A stretch of DNA of 32,000 nucleotides. Origin: Silvanigrella paludirubra. Lineage in GTDB: Bacteria > Bdellovibrionota_B > Oligoflexia > Silvanigrellales > Silvanigrellaceae. Positions within the stretch are counted from its first letter, which is position 1; every line of letters starts with the position of its first letter. A program made the position numbers and the translations under genes. This document shows, one piece after another, positions 26,163 to 32,000 of this stretch. The stretch is from NCBI RefSeq assembly GCF_009208775.1, contig NZ_WFLM01000003.1:69374-101373 (forward strand). The letters run 5' to 3'. Under the pieces are notes generated by a model, which had not been told where the DNA came from, searched no databases, and was given only the letters and a program-made list of their open reading frames with translations.

Positions 26163-27287
26163 TTAACCCTGTACACTACCATGAACAAAAAACGGTTTTT
26201 TTACAACCATTGCTAATTTTTTTTCTCCACGGACTTCAATCCAAATTGAAGAACCTATTTTTGAATAATCTGTAGTCACATAAGCCATTCCAATGTTTTT
26301 TGTTAATGTTGGAGACGGACTACCACTTGTAATTATTCCAATTTCTTGTTCGCCATCTTTCGAAGAATAAATTTTATAACCATGACGACCAATTGCTTTT
26401 TCTTGCATTTCAAATGCAACAAGACGCTTATTTAAACCTTTTTCTTTTTGATTTAAAAGAACTTCTTTACCAATAAAAGTATTTTTTTCAAATTTTGTAA
26501 TCCATGACAAACCACATTCTAAAGCAGTCGTTGTATGATCCATATCATTTCCATAAAGGAGATATCCACACTCTAATCTTAATGTGTCTCGTGCACCCAA
26601 TCCGCAAGCTTTAATCCCATAATCGCTTCCTGCTTGCATTAATGCTTTCCAAATTTTAGGAGCTGCAGAAGAAGGAATATATAATTCGTATCCTAATTCT
26701 CCTGTATAACCTGTACGGGCAATAATAGAGGGAACACCTAATACTTTCCCTTCCGCAAAATGATAATAAGCAAGATCTGCTATTTTAACATCAACTACTT
26801 TTGAAACGAGTTCTCTACTCTTTGGCCCTTGCACAGCAATTTGCGCATAATCATCACTTAAATTCTCTAAAATTACACCTTGTTTTGGAGCATGTTCCTT
26901 TAGCCAAGAGTAATCTTTTTCAATATTACTTGCGTTTACGCATATAAAAAAAGAATCATATCCTCTTCTATAAATAATAATATCATCCACAATCGTCCCA
27001 TTTTCATAACAAAATGCGTTATACTGTGCTTGTCCGATTATTATTTTTGATACGTCATTCACAGTCATCATTTGTAAGAAATCAAGAGCACCTCTCCCTG
27101 TTACATTAATTTCTCCCATATGGCTTACATCAAAAAGTCCTACCTGATTTCTCACGCATTTATGCTCTTCAACAACACCAGAATATTGAACTGGCATATT
27201 CCATCCAGCAAAAGGCACCATTCTTGCGCCTAAAGCGACATGCTCATCATAAAGAGGAGTTATTTTTAATTTTTCATTTATGGACAT
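26163..27287 (-). CDS. gcvT: aminomethyltransferase (glycine cleavage T protein)
   Basis: TPLYDEH...GARMVPFAGWNMPVQY, LFDVSHMG, RTGYTGELGYELY and GLGARDTLRLE blocks. GAGGGA RBS. Confidence 0.95.
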   Translation of the reverse strand: MSINEKLKITPLYDEHVALGARMVPFAGWNMPVQYSGVVEEHKCVRNQVGLFDVSHMGEINVTGRGALDFLQMMTVNDVSKIIIGQAQYNAFCYENGTIVDDIIIYRRGYDSFFICVNASNIEKDYSWLKEHAPKQGVILENLSDDYAQIAVQGPKSRELVSKVVDVKIADLAYYHFAEGKVLGVPSIIARTGYTGELGYELYIPSSAAPKIWKALMQAGSDYGIKACGLGARDTLRLECGYLLYGNDMDHTTTALECGLSWITKFEKNTFIGKEVLLNQKEKGLNKRLVAFEMQEKAIGRHGYKIYSSKDGEQEIGIITSGSPSPTLTKNIGMAYVTTDYSKIGSSIWIEVRGEKKLAMVVKKPFFVHGSVQG

Positions 27288-27497
27288 AGGGTTCCCTCGT
27301 ATTTTTAAGGATTGAGTGCCGCTCCTATATTCTTGATTTGGGTAATTTTAGTCAAGCGATACCTTCTACTCATATAGAAGGAAGATTATTTTAAGAATGC
27401 ATTATTTTGTTTCGTAAACTTGCAGTCGCATCAGAATCAACTTACTTTTAAGCGGCTTTGCATAATAGGAAACACATACGAAGATAAGGAATAAAAA

Positions 27498-28133
27498 ATG
27501 ATGAAATTTTATTTTTCTACTGCGACTTGTTCTACAGCATGCCATATTGCTATTGAAGAATTAGGATTAGACTACACTCCCATAGAAGTAAGTTGGAAAA
27601 GAAATTTAAATGTTGCAGAACTCAACAAGCTTAACCCCTTGGGGTCCGTGCCTGTACTTGTTACAGATCAAGGAAAAACCTTAACGCAAAATACAGCTAT
27701 TCTTGAATACTTGGCTGATCAAAAACCATCTGCACAGCTCCTTGAAAAACAGGGAACTTTTGAACGAAACGAAACTATGAGTTGGGTAGCTTTTGTCGCG
27801 TCGGATCTCCAGAAAGCATTTACACCCTTTTTTCATGCAAAAAATATTACAGCATCCGAAACAAATCAAAAAGAAATTATAGATTTTTATACCAAAAAAT
27901 TACATGATTTATTAAGCTATATTGAAGATAAACTTACAAATAAAGAGTATATTATGGGCAAAAACTTTACAATTGCAGATGCCTATCTTTTTACAATTTT
28001 AGGTTGGACAAAATGGGTAAAAATAAACACGAAAGATCATAAAAATATTACAAATTATATGAAACGTGTTTACGATCGCCCAGCAGTTCAAAAAGTTTTA
28101 AATAAAGAGGGATTAATTGATTATCTGCAATAG
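27498..28133 (+). CDS. glutathione S-transferase (bacterial beta-class-like)
   Basis: The N-terminal thioredoxin-like domain has a Cys near position 11 (TATCSTACHIAIEE), as in GstA-type enzymes. GSVPVL cis-Pro motif. C-terminal helical domain with TIADAYLF. Confidence 0.8.
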   Translation: MMKFYFSTATCSTACHIAIEELGLDYTPIEVSWKRNLNVAELNKLNPLGSVPVLVTDQGKTLTQNTAILEYLADQKPSAQLLEKQGTFERNETMSWVAFVASDLQKAFTPFFHAKNITASETNQKEIIDFYTKKLHDLLSYIEDKLTNKEYIMGKNFTIADAYLFTILGWTKWVKINTKDHKNITNYMKRVYDRPAVQKVLNKEGLIDYLQ

Positions 28134-28163
28134 AACTATATGAAAAATAATTGTTAAATTAAT

Positions 28164-28209
28164 ATTAAAAGTCTCCTTATAAAATTAATTTAATAAGGAG
28201 ACTTTTAAT
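28164..28209. terminator. bidirectional rho-independent terminator shared by the GST gene and ppa
   Basis: Core stem GTCTCCTTAT (28171-28180) / ATAAGGAGAC (28193-28202) with a 12-nt loop, extended by A/T pairs. Either transcript ends in UUUU after the stem. It sits between convergent genes. Confidence 0.7.
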
Positions 28210-28234
28210 CAAAAAAATAGTTTATAATTTTAAA

Positions 28235-28798
28235 TTATTTTTTTAGCATTTCTTTATTTCTATTATAAAAATCAATACTTTCATTGATTATTTTTTCAGC
28301 GTCTTCTTTTCCACACCAGCCAACGATTTCAACTTTTTTATTTTCAAGAAGCTTATATGTTTTAAAAAACTGTTCTATTTCTTTTAAATAATGAGGATTG
28401 ATTTCTTCCATTTGTTTAAGATCATTAATATGCTTAAACTGAGGATCATCAACGTGAACAGCTAAAATTTTATCATCAGCATCTCCACCGTCAATCATTT
28501 TCATACAACCAATCACTTTTACATCCATCATGCTGAGAGGATGAACGGGATCTTGGCCAATAACCATAACGTCGAGAGGGTCACCGTCATCACAATAAGT
28601 TTGTGGGATGAAACCATAATTTATTGGATAAAACATAGGACTCGATAAAACACGATCTAGAAATAACAATCCCGAATCCGCATCGATTTCATATTTATTT
28701 TTAGAGCCACGAGGAATTTCAATAATTGCTGTAACAATTGATGGAACTTTTTCACCAACACTCACAGAATGCCAAGGATGCCATGGATTTACGGACAT
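28235..28798 (-). CDS. ppa: inorganic pyrophosphatase, family I
   Basis: EIPRGSKNKYE, YPINYGFIPQT and DGDPLDVMV are family I PPase active-site blocks. Confidence 0.95.
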   Translation of the reverse strand: MSVNPWHPWHSVSVGEKVPSIVTAIIEIPRGSKNKYEIDADSGLLFLDRVLSSPMFYPINYGFIPQTYCDDGDPLDVMVIGQDPVHPLSMMDVKVIGCMKMIDGGDADDKILAVHVDDPQFKHINDLKQMEEINPHYLKEIEQFFKTYKLLENKKVEIVGWCGKEDAEKIINESIDFYNRNKEMLKK

Positions 28799-28869
28799 AG
28801 GACAACTCCAAAAAAATAAGTAAAAAGCAAATAGCCTTCCTATGTAATATTAAATAAGGAAGGAGAAAG

Positions 28870-28932
28870 ATGACGGTATGTTGTACATGCAGTTTGCTCA
28901 TTTGTGAAGAAAAATTAATGCCTCACATATAA
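28870..28932 (+). CDS. speculative 20-codon Cys-rich upstream ORF
   Basis: ATG preceded by AAGGAAGGAGAAAG. Translation is MTVCCTCSLLICEEKLMPHI*. It ends 25 nt before the yciH start. The SD can pair with CCTTCCT at 28835-28841. Short ORFs arise by chance, hence the low confidence. Confidence 0.25.
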   Translation: MTVCCTCSLLICEEKLMPHI

Positions 28933-28957
28933 GCTAAGGGTCAAATAAGGTGGAATT

Positions 28958-29338
28958 ATGACAGAAAAGAAAAAGACAAAACCAACAAAATTAGAGTGGG
29001 TTGGGTCGCTCATATCGACTACAGAAGAAAAACCAATATCATTAAAAGGAAGCGAGTCTTCATCTCAAAAGAATGAAAAAAGACCGGCTCAAAAAATCAA
29101 AGGGAAAGTGCAAGCCCGGAAAGAAACAAAGGGGAGAGCAGGAAAACCTGTGGCTATATTATTTAACTTTACAGATCCAGAAGCAAATAATGAGGAAAGT
29201 TTAAAATTACTTTGTTCCGAATTAAAAAATAAATTAGCTTGTGGCGGAACGATAGAAAATAAAGAAATCATCTTAACATTAAGAGATTTTGATAAATTAA
29301 AAGAAGTTTTAATGAAGTTAGACATTACCTTGAAGTAG
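28958..29338 (+). CDS. yciH: SUI1/eIF1-family translation initiation factor homologue
   Basis: The C-terminal SUI1 domain pattern (KGRAGKPVAILFNF...LKNKLACGGTIENKEIILTLRDF) follows a basic, low-complexity N-terminus. AAGGTGGA RBS. Confidence 0.85.
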   Translation: MTEKKKTKPTKLEWVGSLISTTEEKPISLKGSESSSQKNEKRPAQKIKGKVQARKETKGRAGKPVAILFNFTDPEANNEESLKLLCSELKNKLACGGTIENKEIILTLRDFDKLKEVLMKLDITLK

Positions 29339-29786
29339 TTAAAATATATTTGTTAAAAATAAATATTGGTTATCTTATTCAAATTATTTATCGATATTAG
29401 CTTTTTAATAATTTAATATGTTTAGCTTAATTTAAAGTGGATAAAAAAATAAAATTTTTTTATATAAATTTAAAATAATTATAAATGTAAAATAATTATA
29501 AGAATAATTTCAATATTATTATAATTTATTATAATAATATACTACTTCATAATGAATTTTATTTTTTTTAAATAATATTGACAATTTATCTTATTTTATT
29601 TAATTAAATAAATAGCTACTATGGATCAAAAAAACCATATAGCAATAATCTTCTGGTTATATATTTGATACTAATGGAGAGATTTAAAAAATAATCTAGG
29701 ATATTTAATAGTGCTCATTTTAATCAAAATTTCATAACCAAAATCCTAAATAAAAGTAAAATTTCATATGATAAAGGAATATCAAA

Positions 29787-30713
29787 ATGAAAACTAAAAC
29801 TCTTATTATAAATGATCTCTATGTAGCAATCCACACTCCCAAAAATTGGAATGGCCATTGTGTATTTTATGTCCACGGCGGGCCAGGGAGCCATTCAAAA
29901 GATTTTGAAGAAGGCTTAACTCATTTTAATGCATTTTATGAATCACAATTAGCTTTTATAACTTATGATCAAAGAGGATCTGGCAGATCAAAAATAAAAG
30001 AGAATGAAATAAAAACTTTAAACCATAGAGGAAATATTGAAGATTTAAAAACTCTTCTCATGGCGACACAAGAAGTTTTTAATTTAAAATTACCACCAGT
30101 GTTGTATGGACATAGTTATGGTGCGCGTTTGGTTTACGACTACCTATGGAATAATCCAAAAATGGATTTTAAATTTATTTTATCTGGAACAAGTCTTCAT
30201 CCAAATGATTGTTTAAATACTTCATTAGGGTTGGATCTTCTTGTTTTACGCAATAGTCAACCAAAAGAATTTAAAAAAGCAGTAGAATTAATCTCAAAAG
30301 CTAATATTGAGCCCTATGAAATTTCGCCTGAAATTCGAAAACTTTTTTCAGACTTAAAAATGAGACAAAAAGAAAGACAAAAATATTATTGGGTAAATGA
30401 AAACGCAATGAATTGGTGGAATAAAATAGACTCAGAACATAATGTAAAAGATTCGGATGAAGCTTATTTTAAAATAGTATCCTCATTTAACGACGAAACA
30501 TTTAATTCAGGATCATTTAACCCCTGTTTACTAAAACAAAAAAGTCTTTATATTAATGGATTTCATGACTATTTAATGAATGGAACGATAAAATTTAATA
30601 TAGAAGATCAAAGTAAAATTGTCCGCTTTAATACTTCAGCACATTATCCTCATTTTGAAGAACCGGAATTATTTATAAAAACGTTATTAAAATTTATTTT
30701 GGATGATAACTAG
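29787..30713 (+). CDS. alpha/beta hydrolase (S33 proline-iminopeptidase-like)
   Basis: HGGPGS oxyanion motif (YVHGGPGSHS), nucleophile elbow GHSYGA, a cap-domain insert and a C-terminal SAHYPHFEEP (catalytic His region). Confidence 0.75.
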   Translation: MKTKTLIINDLYVAIHTPKNWNGHCVFYVHGGPGSHSKDFEEGLTHFNAFYESQLAFITYDQRGSGRSKIKENEIKTLNHRGNIEDLKTLLMATQEVFNLKLPPVLYGHSYGARLVYDYLWNNPKMDFKFILSGTSLHPNDCLNTSLGLDLLVLRNSQPKEFKKAVELISKANIEPYEISPEIRKLFSDLKMRQKERQKYYWVNENAMNWWNKIDSEHNVKDSDEAYFKIVSSFNDETFNSGSFNPCLLKQKSLYINGFHDYLMNGTIKFNIEDQSKIVRFNTSAHYPHFEEPELFIKTLLKFILDDN

Positions 30714-30714
30714 A

Positions 30715-31827
30715 ATGAAATATCTTTATTGTATCATTATTAATTTAATTTTTATACAGGCAAATGCTATTCAAATAGATAAAAAAATAGAATTTAATAT
30801 AGGTGTACTACAACCATTTTTATCTGAAGACACACAAGATTCCTATTTATATAAAGGGGCATTTGAAGCAGCTCTCTTTTTTAATTTAGGAATGTTTGCT
30901 GAAAAATTTAAAAAATGTGGCTATCTTCCTAAGTATAAGTTTCAATATTTTCCTCATGAAGATACTCCTAAATTAAAGTCTTTGGCTATGAAATTAGAAA
31001 ATGAAAACAATTGGCTTATTTTAGGTCCAAATAAAAGTGAACAATTTATAAATGCAGCAAGAGTAATTAAAAAAACAGTTATGATAAGTGGCATGGCAAA
31101 TTCTAAAGAAATCTATGAACTAAACTGGCCATTCTATACTATATATCCTTCAAATGAATTATTAGCTAAAGCAACATATTTTTGGGTTAATAAAAACAAA
31201 GAATACTCAGGAAATTATGGAGTTGTTACTGATCCAAGCTGCACTTTTTGTGAAGATTTTAAAAATAATTATATAAAATATGCTGGAAATCCTTCTTTTG
31301 TATATGAAACAAGTGAAGATCTTTTTAATTCAAATTTTTTAAAAAAACAAATTAATAGGTATAATATTACTTCTATATTATTACCTCTATATTCCTCATT
31401 TTCTGGGAAAGTAATTTCTTCATTAAATAAAGAGCCCTTTTCAAAAATAAAATTTATTGCCAATGATGGATTAGGAGATGAATTAAATCATGTATCTTAT
31501 TACCCAATAAGCAAAGAACAAAAGGGTTTTTCAATAAGACTAGGTCCTAAAAAATCGGAGACCATTAAAATTTTAAATACTGAAAATCTTAGTTTATCTT
31601 GGAATGATATAGAGCTATTCCCACCTGATGAAGCTATTTACTTTAAAGAATCTCTTGAAAAAATATTAAATATCTTATGTAAAAATAAACCAAATAATAA
31701 AGATGAATTTAATGAAATAATAAAAAAACAACCAAAAGATTTTTTCCAGTCAAATTTAAATTTTGGAGTTTTTGAACTAAGCGGAAAAAAATTCTTTTTT
31801 AAAGAAATTTTAAATAAAAACATATGA
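30715..31827 (+). CDS. secreted protein, possibly a type-1 periplasmic-binding-protein fold (LivK/receptor-family-like)
   Basis: Start set at the ATG at 30715, one nt after the upstream stop. Signal peptide MKYLYCIIINLIFIQANA/IQ. The alternating beta-alpha pattern (IGVLQPF...LILGPNKSE...VMISGM...GVVTD...) is suggestive of Peripla_BP_6, but the family call is weak. Confidence 0.4.
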   Translation: MKYLYCIIINLIFIQANAIQIDKKIEFNIGVLQPFLSEDTQDSYLYKGAFEAALFFNLGMFAEKFKKCGYLPKYKFQYFPHEDTPKLKSLAMKLENENNWLILGPNKSEQFINAARVIKKTVMISGMANSKEIYELNWPFYTIYPSNELLAKATYFWVNKNKEYSGNYGVVTDPSCTFCEDFKNNYIKYAGNPSFVYETSEDLFNSNFLKKQINRYNITSILLPLYSSFSGKVISSLNKEPFSKIKFIANDGLGDELNHVSYYPISKEQKGFSIRLGPKKSETIKILNTENLSLSWNDIELFPPDEAIYFKESLEKILNILCKNKPNNKDEFNEIIKKQPKDFFQSNLNFGVFELSGKKFFFKEILNKNI

Positions 31828-32000
31828 ACAATAAATTGACAATTAAAAAAATTATATTAAGTATTATTGTTCTAATATTTTTATTATTTATGATTTCAAG
31901 TTCATTTGTTTTAATAAATATAATCAATCTAGAAAAAGATAAACTTGTAGGAATTTCGCCAAGAGTAATTAGGGTTTTATCCAATGATCTTTTATTAGGA
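31824..32000 (+). CDS. membrane-anchored protein, N-terminal 59 codons only (possible sensor/transducer); continues beyond the window
   Basis: The ATG at 31824 overlaps the upstream stop as ATGA. The frame stays open to the window edge: MNNKLTIKKIILSIIVLIFLLFMISSSFVLINIINLEKDKLVG.... One clear TM helix. Not in the supplied ORF track. Confidence 0.5.
   Translation, partial: MNNKLTIKKIILSIIVLIFLLFMISSSFVLINIINLEKDKLVGISPRVIRVLSNDLLLG

Noticed and set aside
27288-27497. An expected glycine riboswitch in the leader of gcvT.
   Set aside because: I reverse-complemented the whole 210-nt region. None of the conserved cores is present (GGAGAG...ACCGAAGGGGCAA...CUCAGGCAAAAGGAC). I found only a weak TTGACT promoter-like box (27354-27349) and a 7-bp hairpin (27362-27381).
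29471-29501. A tandem 14-nt repeat, TAAAATAATTATAA-ATG-TAAAATAATTATAA, in the yciH/hydrolase intergenic region, together with a TTGACA box at 29578-29583.
   Set aside because: This is pure A/T low-complexity sequence in a very AT-rich spacer, so chance repetition is likely. The TTGACA box lacks a convincing -10 (TAATTA) and lies ~200 nt from the gene.
275-31984. Seventeen 60-130-aa ORFs in the supplied track that lie antisense to, or out of frame within, larger genes: 275-457, 324-515, 677-862, 1224-1412, 6220-6429, 10911-11138, 11340-11549, 13041-13256, 15432-15689, 19904-20224, 22343-22627, 25035-25424, 27681-27869, 29089-29325, 31269-31463, 31638-31823 and 31799-31984.
   Set aside because: All overlap well-supported genes with recognisable family motifs. 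They lack an RBS, and their low-complexity or Leu/Phe/Ile-rich translations are typical of shadow frames in AT-rich DNA.

Overview
Visibly AT-rich bacterial chromosomal segment with Gram-negative-type envelope genes. I support about 28 CDSs and found no rRNA, tRNA, CRISPR array, transposase or integrase. Most of the window is housekeeping. Left to right: the 3' part of a GH31-like glycosidase with a CBM20 starch-binding module, an SRPBCC protein, a VOC enzyme, an ABC exporter, fabH, recN, an NADP-dependent oxidoreductase and an MFS transporter. Then come a tight minus-strand menaquinone block (menB-menA-NRDE-menC-menE), an Fe-alcohol dehydrogenase and the glycine cleavage operon gcvT-gcvH-gcvPA-gcvPB. 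The right end carries a GST, ppa, yciH and an alpha/beta-hydrolase / PBP-like / membrane-protein operon that runs off the edge. The stand-out is at 1359-6172. The last 160 nt of the SRPBCC gene recur 4654 nt downstream as an orphan fragment (5 mismatches). The two copies bracket an insert with no recombinase gene. Its cargo is a translationally coupled operon: a HAD-phosphatase/sugar-phosphate-cyclase fusion (3-dehydroquinate-synthase-like, EEVS/DDGS-like motifs), a fully canonical class II xylose isomerase and a classical SDR. I read this as a candidate undescribed cyclitol/carbasugar-type pathway on a small acquired islet. Secondary leads are: (1) an NRDE/TANGO2-family protein with a TTG start and Cys2 embedded in the men operon; (2) an unannotated 47-aa secreted two-cysteine peptide gene with its own promoter; (3) a Cys-rich 20-codon uORF with an SD-sequestering hairpin upstream of yciH; (4) a canonical intrinsic terminator inside the gcv operon; (5) a perfect 13-bp inverted repeat over a predicted promoter next to menB. 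All functional calls rest on motif recognition by eye. No database search was possible.
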